A DNA stretch of 27,475 nt, taken from assembly GCA_035573595.1 (NCBI GenBank), contig DATMZP010000605.1:1-27475 (forward strand), written 5' to 3'. This document shows, piece by piece, positions 16,850 through 24,998 of the stretch. A program made the translations under genes and the position numbers. The DNA comes from Hyphomicrobiaceae bacterium (GTDB lineage: Bacteria > Pseudomonadota > Alphaproteobacteria > Rhizobiales > Hyphomicrobiaceae). Every line of letters begins with the position of its first letter. Position 1 is the stretch's first letter. The notes under the pieces are model-generated. The model searched no databases, had not been told where the DNA came from, and saw nothing but the letters and a program-made list of their open reading frames with translations.

Positions 16850-19054
16850 ATGCAGCTTAAGCTCAAGCCCCATCCCTACGGCTTTTCCACCTCCCAGATC
16901 CTGCCTCTGATCGCAGGCGCCATCGGCGTCGGCATCTTCCTGGTCGATACTTTCACCACGCTCGATTTCGCGATCGCGGTTTTGTACGTCGTGGTCATCC
17001 TCGCGGCCGCCAACTTCCTGCGACGGCGCGGCATCCTCATGGTTGGCGCTCTCTGCGCTGCTCTGACCGTGTTCGGCTATCTGGTGTCGCATGGCCTCAG
17101 TTTCGATACGGCCCTGTTGCGTTGCCTGGTGAGCCTGCTCGCCATCGCCATTGCCACCCTCCTGGCCCTACGCAACCAGGAGGCCACAGCGGCGCTCGTC
17201 GGTCAGGCCCGCCTCCTCGAACTCACCCACGACGCGATCTTCGTGCGCAACATGGACGACGTCGTCACCTACTGGAACCGCGGCGCGGAGGAGCTGTACG
17301 GCTGGGAGGCGGACGAGGCGCTCGGCAAGGTCTCTCACCAGCTGCTGCAAACGAACTCTGCGGAGCCCCTCGATCAGATCCTTGCGACGGTTACCAGCAC
17401 GGGCCGTTGGGAAGGGGAGTTCGTCCAATTGAGGCGCGATGGCACGCAGGTGACCGTTGCAAGCAGGTGGTCCTTGCAGACCGGCGAGCGGGGGCAGCCT
17501 GTTGCCGTCTTGGAGAGCAACACCGACATCACGGAGCAGCAACGGGCACAGCAGGAGATCCGCCGTGCAGGCCGCAATCTCCAGGCGACCATCGATACCA
17601 TTCCGGCCGTTGTCGCGAGCTATCTGCCCGACGGAACGCGCGACTTCGCCAATCGCACCTGGCAGGAATACGCCGGCACCTCCCGCGAAGACGCAAGACA
17701 CATCGATTGGCCCACGATCGTCCATCCGGACGATGTCGAAGCGGCGCAGAATATGTGGTCCGACTGCCTCGCTTCCGGTCGGCCGTTCCAGATGGAGGTC
17801 CGATTTCTGCGCGCCGACGGCGAATACCGCTGGCACCTCGTCCGGCGCGTGCCGCTGCGCGACGAGCAAGGCGAGGTGGTCAAATGGTACAGTGCAGGCT
17901 TCGACATCGAGGATCAGAAACGCGCCGAAGCCGCGCTTCGGCGTACCGAGGCGCATTCAGCCGAGGCTCAGCGGCTGAGCCAGACAGGCAGCTTCGGCTG
18001 GAGGATCGACGATGGGAAGACGATATGGTCGAAGCAGACCTATCGGATCCTCGGCTACGACCAGACGGTGAAGCCGTCGGTGGCATTGGTCCTCGCTCGC
18101 GTTCACCCCGACGACCTGCCGATTGTGCAACGCCACCTCGACCGCATGAAGCAAGGCGAGCGGACCTTCGACTTCGAGTACCGCTTGCTGATGCCGGACG
18201 GGCGGGTCAAGGAGCTGCACGTTCGCGCCCACCGCGTGACGCTTGGTACCGGCGCAGGTGCAGAGGAGGTTGTCGGCGCCGTGATGGACATCACCGAAGC
18301 CAAGCGTGCACAGGAGGCGCTGGAGACGGCTCAGACCGAGCTTGCGCACGCGACCCGCGTGACGACGCTGGGAGAAATGACGGCTTCGATCGCGCACGAG
18401 GTGAACCAGCCGCTCGCGGGCATTGTCACCAATGGGGAAGTGGGCCTGCGCTGGCTCGCCCGCAGCGTCCCGCAAGTCGAGGTCGAGGAGGCGAGCCGGG
18501 CCATCGAGCGCATCCTCCGCGATGCGGATCGGGCCAGCGGCGTCGTCCGCCGAATTCGCGCTCTGGCCAAGAAGGCCGCCCCGGAGATGACGCGGCTCGA
18601 CATCAACGACGTCATCAACGACGCCATGCTGCTGGTGCAGCGCGAGGTGCTCGGCCATCGGGTTGCACTGCGGCTGGAGCTGGCGTCCGGGCTTCCCGCG
18701 GTTGTGGGAGATCGAGTCCAGCTCCAGCAGGTCATCATCAACCTGGTGATGAACGGCATCGAAGCCATGGCCGGGGTGAGCGAGCAGCGGCGACGGCTCG
18801 CGGTCCGTTCCCAGCTCGGCGAGGGCCAGGTGCTCGTTGCCGTGCAGGATGCCGGCACTGGGATCGACCCGCAGAATGCCAACCGTCTCTTCAGCGCGTT
18901 CTACACCACGAAATCCAACGGCATGGGCATGGGATTGTCGATCTCCCGCTCCATCGTCGAGGCGCACGGGGGCCGCATCCGAGCCACCAACAACGACGGC
19001 CCCGGCGCTACCATCGAGTTCACCGTGCCGTTCGCGGAGGACAGCCGGGCGTAG
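16850..19054 (+). CDS. Membrane-bound multi-PAS sensor histidine kinase (NodV/FixL-like)
   Basis: N-terminal TM bundle, three PAS/PAC repeats, intact H-box SIAHEVNQPL, N-box QVIINLVMNGIEAM, G1 DAGTG, F-box LFSAFYTTK, G2 GMGMGL. Start approximate (ATG 16850). Confidence 0.93.
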   Translation: MQLKLKPHPYGFSTSQILPLIAGAIGVGIFLVDTFTTLDFAIAVLYVVVILAAANFLRRRGILMVGALCAALTVFGYLVSHGLSFDTALLRCLVSLLAIAIATLLALRNQEATAALVGQARLLELTHDAIFVRNMDDVVTYWNRGAEELYGWEADEALGKVSHQLLQTNSAEPLDQILATVTSTGRWEGEFVQLRRDGTQVTVASRWSLQTGERGQPVAVLESNTDITEQQRAQQEIRRAGRNLQATIDTIPAVVASYLPDGTRDFANRTWQEYAGTSREDARHIDWPTIVHPDDVEAAQNMWSDCLASGRPFQMEVRFLRADGEYRWHLVRRVPLRDEQGEVVKWYSAGFDIEDQKRAEAALRRTEAHSAEAQRLSQTGSFGWRIDDGKTIWSKQTYRILGYDQTVKPSVALVLARVHPDDLPIVQRHLDRMKQGERTFDFEYRLLMPDGRVKELHVRAHRVTLGTGAGAEEVVGAVMDITEAKRAQEALETAQTELAHATRVTTLGEMTASIAHEVNQPLAGIVTNGEVGLRWLARSVPQVEVEEASRAIERILRDADRASGVVRRIRALAKKAAPEMTRLDINDVINDAMLLVQREVLGHRVALRLELASGLPAVVGDRVQLQQVIINLVMNGIEAMAGVSEQRRRLAVRSQLGEGQVLVAVQDAGTGIDPQNANRLFSAFYTTKSNGMGMGLSISRSIVEAHGGRIRATNNDGPGATIEFTVPFAEDSRA

Positions 19055-19276
19055 GGTCTCCGATTGCCTTGGTGCTGCCATTCGCAAAAGGGGGCTCCGG
19101 CCAACCCAAGGCGCAAGCCTGGCCCGAAGCGCGTACTCGGTCGCAATCCTGACGGTTTGGCGCAAGATCGCGTCAGCCGGAGCAATTGCACCCAAGCGTG
19201 GCCGCACGGAGAGCCCCATATGAGCCGGGCCTGGACGCAAGAGCCCGGGCATCAAGCACAACCAAGGACAATGATC

Positions 19277-19504
19277 ATGACAACCATCATCAAGGCCATC
19301 ATGTCCGGAATGACGGCCGCCACCGTTTTTGCCGTTATTGGCACGTCCGCCAGCGCGGCCTTCAGCCCCAAGGACCTCGGGAATCTGACGCCGACCGTTC
19401 AGGCGGCGCAACAGCTCGACAAGTCCCAGGCGGTACAGCCGGCGGTCTGGAGCGACCAGGATCAACAGAAGTTCTGGGCGGAGGAAGGGGATCGCGGAGG
19501 CTGA
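19277..19504 (+). CDS. Small secreted protein (about 75 aa)
   Basis: MTTIIKAIMSGMTAATVFAVIGTSASA|AFSPKDL...WSDQDQQKFWAEEGDRGG. AAGGA RBS and an A-x-A signal peptidase site. ATG 19271 is an alternative start. Confidence 0.6.
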   Translation: MTTIIKAIMSGMTAATVFAVIGTSASAAFSPKDLGNLTPTVQAAQQLDKSQAVQPAVWSDQDQQKFWAEEGDRGG

Positions 19505-19509
19505 AGGCC

Positions 19510-19698
19510 ATGACGTAATGGGACAACACGAGGCTCGGTTGGCTGGTCCTGGCGGCTCTTGCCGCCTTGACGACCGCGATGGCTCCGCCCGCCGCGCAGG
19601 CTGATCCGGTGCAGGCCCCAATGGCGGCGGGGGTCGGCCTGGCGGCCCCCGCCACGCAGCGGGGCTTCGGCCGGACCGGCAGCATTGGGCGGCCTTGA
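19510..19698 (+). pseudogene. Second small secreted-protein gene, interrupted by TAA at codon 3
   Basis: ATG ACG TAA TGG... reads MT*WDNTRLGWLVLAALAALTTAMAPPAAQA|DPVQAPMAAG...GRP*. GGAGG lies 9 nt upstream, and the frame after the stop is a clean signal peptide. Confidence 0.5.
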
Positions 19699-19738
19699 CC
19701 GGGAACGGCCGACTGAGACCGGGAACGGCCGACTGAGA
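19697..19738. repeat. 20-bp perfect tandem duplication
   Basis: GACCGGGAACGGCCGACTGA twice, plus GA. Confidence 0.9.
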
Positions 19739-19946
19739 GGCCAGCGCAGCTTGCGCTGCGGACGGCACAGGGCCTTACAAATCACGATCGCTCGGCGGCG
19801 CGGCGTTCGCGCGCGCCGCGTTCCCGCATTTCCCTCGGGGTTTTACCCGATGGCGATCTCTTCTCTTGCCGACAACATTCCACCCCATTGGGGCTTCTCC
19901 CGGAAGATGGGCGACCGGGGCCAGCAAAGCCCTCCGGGGATTGCCA

Positions 19947-20624
19947 GTGAGCAGCGGCATTCGACGAGCACACGCAAGCCGCACCTCGTCTCAAGCGACG
20001 GATCTGCAACCCGTCGTTTACGTTGTCGACGATGATCCCTCCATTCGCGAGGCCCTGGCGGGTCTTCTCCGCTCGGTCGGGCTTGAGGTGAGGGCTTTCT
20101 CCTCGACGCAGGAGTTTCTGGAGAATCCGAGGCCGGATGCGCCGGGCTGCCTTGTGCTCGATGTCAGGCTGCCGGGCGCTGGTGGACTAGAGCTTCAGAG
20201 CCAACTTCTCAAATCCGACATCCACCTGCCAATCATATTCATCACCGGCCACGGCGACATACCGATGAGCGTGCAGGCCATGAAGGCTGGAGCCATCGAG
20301 TTCCTGACCAAGCCGTTCCGCGACCAGGAATTGCTGGAAGCCATCCAGCTGGGGATCCAGCGCGACCGCGCGCGGTGGCGCGAGGCAGGAGTCGTCGGCC
20401 ATTTGCGGGAGCGCTTTCAGTCTCTGACCGCCCGCGAGCGAGAGATCATGGCGCACGTGGTCACCGGCCGGATGAACAAGCAAACTGCCAGCGACCTCCA
20501 CGTGAGCGAGATCACCGTGAAGATCCACCGCGGCCATGTCATGCGTAAGATGGGTGCCAAGTCGCTGGCGGAGCTGGTGCGGATGGCCGACAAGCTCGAC
20601 CTCTCCAGGACAAAGCCGTCGTAG
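19947..20624 (+). CDS. FixJ/NodW/StyR-type response regulator (REC + LuxR HTH)
   Basis: VYVVDDD, CLVLDVRLPG, IFITGHGD, FLTKPF, LTAREREIM..VVTG.MNKQ.A..L..SEITVK.HRG.VMRKM. Phosphorylation residues intact. GTG 19947 chosen as start. Confidence 0.93.
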   Translation: MSSGIRRAHASRTSSQATDLQPVVYVVDDDPSIREALAGLLRSVGLEVRAFSSTQEFLENPRPDAPGCLVLDVRLPGAGGLELQSQLLKSDIHLPIIFITGHGDIPMSVQAMKAGAIEFLTKPFRDQELLEAIQLGIQRDRARWREAGVVGHLRERFQSLTAREREIMAHVVTGRMNKQTASDLHVSEITVKIHRGHVMRKMGAKSLAELVRMADKLDLSRTKPS

Positions 20625-20727
20625 GCAGCCACCCGCGGAAGAAGGCAGGCAACCCGCACCGAGGGCTTATGCGGTGCTCATTCTGCGCGCCGGAGAGCTT
20701 GCGCGAGCTTCGCAGCCCGGATGCGTG

Positions 20728-20745
20728 CTAAAACCTAGGTATTAG
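20728..20745. promoter_or_regulatory. Candidate response-regulator binding palindrome upstream of the AraC gene
   Basis: CTAAAACCTAGGTATTAG is palindromic at 16 of 18 positions and AT-rich in GC-rich context. Similar in layout to StyR/TodT boxes (ATAAAC-N4-GTTTAT). Confidence 0.4.
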
Positions 20746-20850
20746 ACCAGCCCCACCAATATCGCAGGTGCGGCAACCTCCGTTGGATAGAGCGGCTCGC
20801 CCGCGCCCGGCTAAGACGGTCTCGATCTCACGAGACGAGGAGGTTAGGCC

Positions 20851-21879
20851 GTGCTGAGGAACACAAGCACTCTTCCGGAGAGCGCTGGCGCCCTTGCATC
20901 CTTCGATGACATTGCGCTGCTCGCATCGCCCCCTGACGCGATTGAGCAGACAATCGGTCCACCGCGCCTTTGCGGCAGCTCAGGCAAGCGGAGCCCGACG
21001 CACGTTGAAATCTCTCCATCGGGAGCCGTTCAGCGTCAACGGGTGACAGGGCGCGGAATGACCGTGGAGCTCGTGGCATGGACGAGCGGTGGCCGCGTCG
21101 AGTTTCGCTATCGTGGCGGTTCCCACCTGCTGGTGGCGCATGAGCAAGGGGTGCGTCGGGACGGCGAGATCTTCGTCGACGGCATGCCTCCCTCGTCTCC
21201 GCGAGACCTCACACCAAAGCTCACGCCAAAGCTCACGCTTGTGCCTGCGGGACACGACTACTTCGAGTGGCATGAGCTGCACGGCCCGGCACGTCTCCTG
21301 TACGTCTACCTCGATCCGGCCGAGCTGCGATCCACGCTCAACCCTGCGAGCAACCTCCTCAAACCGCGCCGGCTCTTCGAGGACGCCACGCTATGGAGCA
21401 CGATCACGAAACTGAGAGGCCTGCTGCAGAGCCCCCTGCCCGATAGCCTGCGCTACTTCGAAGCGTTGGGCGCCGTGCTCATGCACGAGCTCGTGCGATT
21501 GAACAGCGGCCCGAGCCGCGGCGACATCCCTGCCAGGGGAGGGCTGGCGACATGGCAGCAACGGCTCGTCGTTTCGTACATCGAGGAGCATGTGTCCGAG
21601 CCCATATCGCTTGCAACGCTGGCTCACCTGGCGCGGTTGAGCCCCTACCACTTCAGCCGCGCGTTCAAGCAATCGTTCGGTGTGCCCCCGCATCGGTATC
21701 ATACGAACCGTCGTATCGAGCTCGCCAAAACCCTGCTGGAGAAGCGCGCGTTCTCGGTGACCGATATCGGGACGAGGTTGGGCTTCAGCGAGACCAGCTC
21801 CTTCAGTGCGGCATTTCGCAAGACCACCGGGCTTACGCCGAGCCGCTATCATCGGAGCATCACGCACGGCCCGACTTAG
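20851..21879 (+). CDS. AraC/XylS family transcriptional regulator
   Basis: C-terminal double HTH (ISLATLAHLARLSPYHFSRAFKQSFG...VTDIGTRLGFSETSSFSAAFRKTTGLTPSRY). GAGGAGG RBS before GTG 20851. Confidence 0.93.
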   Translation: MLRNTSTLPESAGALASFDDIALLASPPDAIEQTIGPPRLCGSSGKRSPTHVEISPSGAVQRQRVTGRGMTVELVAWTSGGRVEFRYRGGSHLLVAHEQGVRRDGEIFVDGMPPSSPRDLTPKLTPKLTLVPAGHDYFEWHELHGPARLLYVYLDPAELRSTLNPASNLLKPRRLFEDATLWSTITKLRGLLQSPLPDSLRYFEALGAVLMHELVRLNSGPSRGDIPARGGLATWQQRLVVSYIEEHVSEPISLATLAHLARLSPYHFSRAFKQSFGVPPHRYHTNRRIELAKTLLEKRAFSVTDIGTRLGFSETSSFSAAFRKTTGLTPSRYHRSITHGPT

Positions 21880-21880
21880 A

Positions 21881-23056
21881 TTAGAGCAACTGGGCGGCTG
21901 CAGAGGCTTCCGCCTCGGCGTCGTAGCTCCAGATCCAGGCGCGTTGCTGGGGCTGGGCGGCAAGCTGACCGTCGCGGGCGCTCAGGTTTCCGCTGGCGGC
22001 CTCATAGAGGGCGCCGTTGAAACGCGACATGCGCTGTACGCCGGCGGTACGCTCGCGCCGCAGCCGCTCGTAGACGAGCAGCGCCCGCGGCGCCGAGGCC
22101 CGATCGGCGCGGCTCAATATCGCGGCAATGGCGACCGCATCCTCGATGGCCTGATTTGCGCCTTGTCCGGCGTGCGGCAGCATAGGGTGGGCGGCGTCTC
22201 CCAGCAGGGTCAAGCGCCCACGTGTCCAGGTGGACAAAGGCTCGCGATCGAAGAGGCCCCACCGGAAGGTTGTCTTCACCTGGGCGATGATGGCCTCAAC
22301 GAGCGGGTCCCAGCCGGCGAACTCGCGGGCGAGAGCGGCAGGATCGCCGACGGCAGACCAGGACTCCTTCAGCGGCTCGTCGCTCGTGACGAAGCCCACG
22401 TAGTTGATGAGCTCGTTGGCACGTACAGGAAAGACGAGAAAATGCTTGCCGGCGCCCAGCCAGTTGCGCATGGCGCCATCGGGCCACGCGACGCTCTCCG
22501 CCCGGATCACGCCGCGGCAGGCGATGGACCCCGAATAGAGCGGCGCGGACGGGGTCGTGACGTACCGCTGCAGGGTTGAATGGATGCCGTCCGCCCCGAT
22601 TACGACATCGGCCGTCGCCTGTACTCCGTTGGCGAAAGTGAGCCTTGCCCCCGTCTCGTCCTGCTCGAAGCCCACGCATTTGTGGCCGGTGCTGATGATT
22701 TCAGGCGCAAGCCGATTGACGAACATGGCGAGCAGGTCTGCCCGGTGCATGCCGTAGAACTCGATCTTGCTGGCGAGCGCGGGCGGCCACATGGCTGCCG
22801 CGTAGCTTCCATCGGAGCGGCGGAACTGCGGATCGACCCACCTGGCACCAAAATGGAGGAGCTCGTCGCCCAGACCAAGCCGCTGCAACGCGCGCACGCC
22901 GTTGGGCTGGATGGCGACGCCGGCGCCAACCTCGGCGAGTGCCGGAGCCTGCTCGTAGAGGCGGACGTCCAAGCCGCGCTGAAGGAGAGCGGCGGCAGCA
23001 GCAGCACCGCCGATGCCGCCACCGACAACCGCGATGCGAAGCGGCTGCATGGCCAT
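21881..23056 (-). CDS. FAD-dependent monooxygenase (salicylate hydroxylase / 6-hydroxynicotinate 3-monooxygenase-like, group A)
   Basis: GGGIGG Rossmann motif, HRADL, IGADGIHS and LLGDAAHPM.P..GQGANQAIED fingerprints. Start ambiguous among 23068, 23056 and 23050. Confidence 0.9.
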   Translation of the reverse strand: MAMQPLRIAVVGGGIGGAAAAAALLQRGLDVRLYEQAPALAEVGAGVAIQPNGVRALQRLGLGDELLHFGARWVDPQFRRSDGSYAAAMWPPALASKIEFYGMHRADLLAMFVNRLAPEIISTGHKCVGFEQDETGARLTFANGVQATADVVIGADGIHSTLQRYVTTPSAPLYSGSIACRGVIRAESVAWPDGAMRNWLGAGKHFLVFPVRANELINYVGFVTSDEPLKESWSAVGDPAALAREFAGWDPLVEAIIAQVKTTFRWGLFDREPLSTWTRGRLTLLGDAAHPMLPHAGQGANQAIEDAVAIAAILSRADRASAPRALLVYERLRRERTAGVQRMSRFNGALYEAASGNLSARDGQLAAQPQQRAWIWSYDAEAEASAAAQLL

Positions 23057-23089
23057 GGCAACTCTCATCCCCTTGTGGCAGCGCGCCGC

Positions 23090-24103
23090 CTATTCCGCAG
23101 CCTTGAGACTGGCCTTCTCGATGACGCCACCCCACAGCGCGCGCTCGCGTTCCAGGAAGGACGCCATTTCCTGGGGTGTGTTGCCGACGGGCTCGGCGCC
23201 CTGGGCCAGAAATTTCCTGCGCAGCTCCTCGGTCTTGAGCGCGGCGACCACGTCCTTGTTGATCTTCGCAACGATGTCGTCCGGCGTCTCGGGAGGCGCC
23301 ACCAGTCCGAACCACGCGAACGAGGTGAAGCCTCGCAGGCCCGCCTCCGACATGGTCGGCACATCGGGCAGGTGGGGCGAGCGCTCGGGCGTGCACACGG
23401 CGATGATCCTGAGCGCACCGGACTGGTGCTGCGGGAGCGAGGACGAGAGATTGTCGAACATGAAGAGAATGTGCCCGCCAAGCAGGTCGTTCATGGCGGG
23501 GGCGGTACCGCGATAAGGCACATGGTTGAACTTCACACCGGCCATGGTCTCGAACAGCGCGGTGGTCAGGTGGGAGGTGGCGCCGATCCCCTGCGAACCG
23601 TAGGCAATGCCCCCGGGATTGGCCTTGGCCTTCTCGATCAGCTCCTTGACGGTGGATACCCCCAGCTTCGGGCTGACAATCAGCACATTGGGCGAGCTGG
23701 CGAGAATCGTGATCGCCTTGAATTTGGTTGGGTCGTAATTCAGCTTCTTGTAGAGTGACTGGTTGATCGCCAGCGTGGTGGGTGGCGATGCCAGGAGCGT
23801 GTAGCCGTCCGGCTGAGCGCGCGAGAAGGATTCCGCGCCCACGTTGCCGGCCGCTCCGGCCCTGTTCTCGACGACGACCGATTGCTTCCACATGCCCGTC
23901 AGCGCGTCGGCAACGATGCGCGGCAGGGCGTCGGCCGTGCCGCCGGCGGGATTGGGGACGATGATCTTGACGGTCTGAGATGGATACCGATCGGCAGCGC
24001 CGGCCCTGCCGACCGCGGGCAGCGCGGTCGCAAGCACCGCAAGCAACAGGCACAGGTGCATTCGCCGGGGCACCTGCGCCCCCCGTCCAATCTTCGTCAA
24101 CAC
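23090..24103 (-). CDS. Bug/TctC tripartite tricarboxylate transporter substrate-binding protein
   Basis: YPSQTVKIIVPNPAGGTAD, VENRAGAAG, PDGYTLL, YGSQGIGATSHL, HVPYRGTAPA..DLLGG, PDVPTMSEAG. Confidence 0.94.
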   Translation of the reverse strand: MLTKIGRGAQVPRRMHLCLLLAVLATALPAVGRAGAADRYPSQTVKIIVPNPAGGTADALPRIVADALTGMWKQSVVVENRAGAAGNVGAESFSRAQPDGYTLLASPPTTLAINQSLYKKLNYDPTKFKAITILASSPNVLIVSPKLGVSTVKELIEKAKANPGGIAYGSQGIGATSHLTTALFETMAGVKFNHVPYRGTAPAMNDLLGGHILFMFDNLSSSLPQHQSGALRIIAVCTPERSPHLPDVPTMSEAGLRGFTSFAWFGLVAPPETPDDIVAKINKDVVAALKTEELRRKFLAQGAEPVGNTPQEMASFLERERALWGGVIEKASLKAAE

Positions 24104-24201
24104 ACTCGCCTCTCCAGCTCCCCGCCCTCGCTGCGGCTTCGGAGCATAAGGGGTCAGCCCGCTCGCCCCTGGCCTCGATTTTCAGCTCAACGTCTGAGGC
24201 G

Positions 24202-24216
24202 AGGGGTCTGACCCCT
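24202..24216. repeat. Short palindrome sharing the core of the REP-like family
   Basis: AGGGGTC-T-GACCCCT contains the GGGTCTGAC core of the larger repeats. Confidence 0.5.
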
Positions 24217-24254
24217 TCTGGGGAGCGTAGTGCTGGCGCATGTGGACGGCAAGC

Positions 24255-24280
24255 GGCCCGTGGAAGGCCCGTGGAAGGCC
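24255..24280. repeat. 11-bp tandem duplication
   Basis: GGCCCGTGGAA twice, plus GGCC. Confidence 0.85.
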
Positions 24281-24368
24281 GGAGCTCCGGCTTTCAGCTT
24301 CCTCCGGGCGCAGCAGCGACGGCGTCCTCGCGAGGGGTCCTGCAGAGCGGCATCCGTCGATCGGCTAG

Positions 24369-24998
24369 TCAGCTCTTCGCTTTGGAGATTTGTCCGTCTG
24401 CGAAAATCGTGGCCTCCAATCGATTGCGAACGCCGAGCTTCCGAAACGCGAGGGACTTGTAGTGTTTGATCGTGCTAACAGTCAGACCCAGCAAGCTCGC
24501 AATCTCCTTGTTGGTCAGCCCCCTTGACGTGTGGTCCATGACCTGGCGCTCGCGAAGGCTCAACTGCTCGCTGCTCCTGGGCGGTTCCGACCTGGTGATC
24601 AAGCGGCATGCCAGCTCCGAGGTGATAGAGCGCTTGCCATTGTGGACCGCCACGATCGCCCTGATCAGCTCGGCCGCGCTGACACCCTTCATAAGGTAGC
24701 CCTGAGCGCCGTCGCGCAATGCCTGAGTGGCATGCACCTCATCCTCCACCGACGCAAGGAACACAATCTTCACGCGCTTGCGCGTTGCCAAGATCGACCT
24801 GACGGCTCGCAGGCTATCACGCACGGCAGCTTCGATGAGCAGGACGTCCAGCTGGCCGCCGGCCACTCGCTCCGCGTCTTCTACCGTGGTACCCTCTCCA
24901 ACGACGAGACAACGCTTGTCCCGACGCAGCGCTTGCGCCACCCCTTCGCGGAAAATGGGGTAAATGTCCACAATTGCGACCCGAATCTTGTCAGTCAC
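24369..24998 (-). CDS. NarL/LuxR-family response regulator with an atypical receiver (phospho-Asp replaced by Glu)
   Basis: REC: VAIVDIYPIFREGV, LDVLLIEAA, IVFLASV, GYLMKGVS. HTH: LSLRERQVMDHTSRGLTNKEIASLLGLTVSTIKHYKSLAFRKLGVRNRLEA. GTG start overlaps the kinase stop. Confidence 0.9.
   Translation of the reverse strand: MTDKIRVAIVDIYPIFREGVAQALRRDKRCLVVGEGTTVEDAERVAGGQLDVLLIEAAVRDSLRAVRSILATRKRVKIVFLASVEDEVHATQALRDGAQGYLMKGVSAAELIRAIVAVHNGKRSITSELACRLITRSEPPRSSEQLSLRERQVMDHTSRGLTNKEIASLLGLTVSTIKHYKSLAFRKLGVRNRLEATIFADGQISKAKS

Noticed and set aside
19140-19190. GCAA repeats at 19143, 19162 and 19182 as AraC sites
   Set aside because: Only 4-bp matches with 19- and 20-bp spacing, too weak to support without homolog alignments.
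19697-19738. 20-bp repeat as a mini CRISPR array
   Set aside because: The units are directly adjacent with no spacer, and there are no cas genes.
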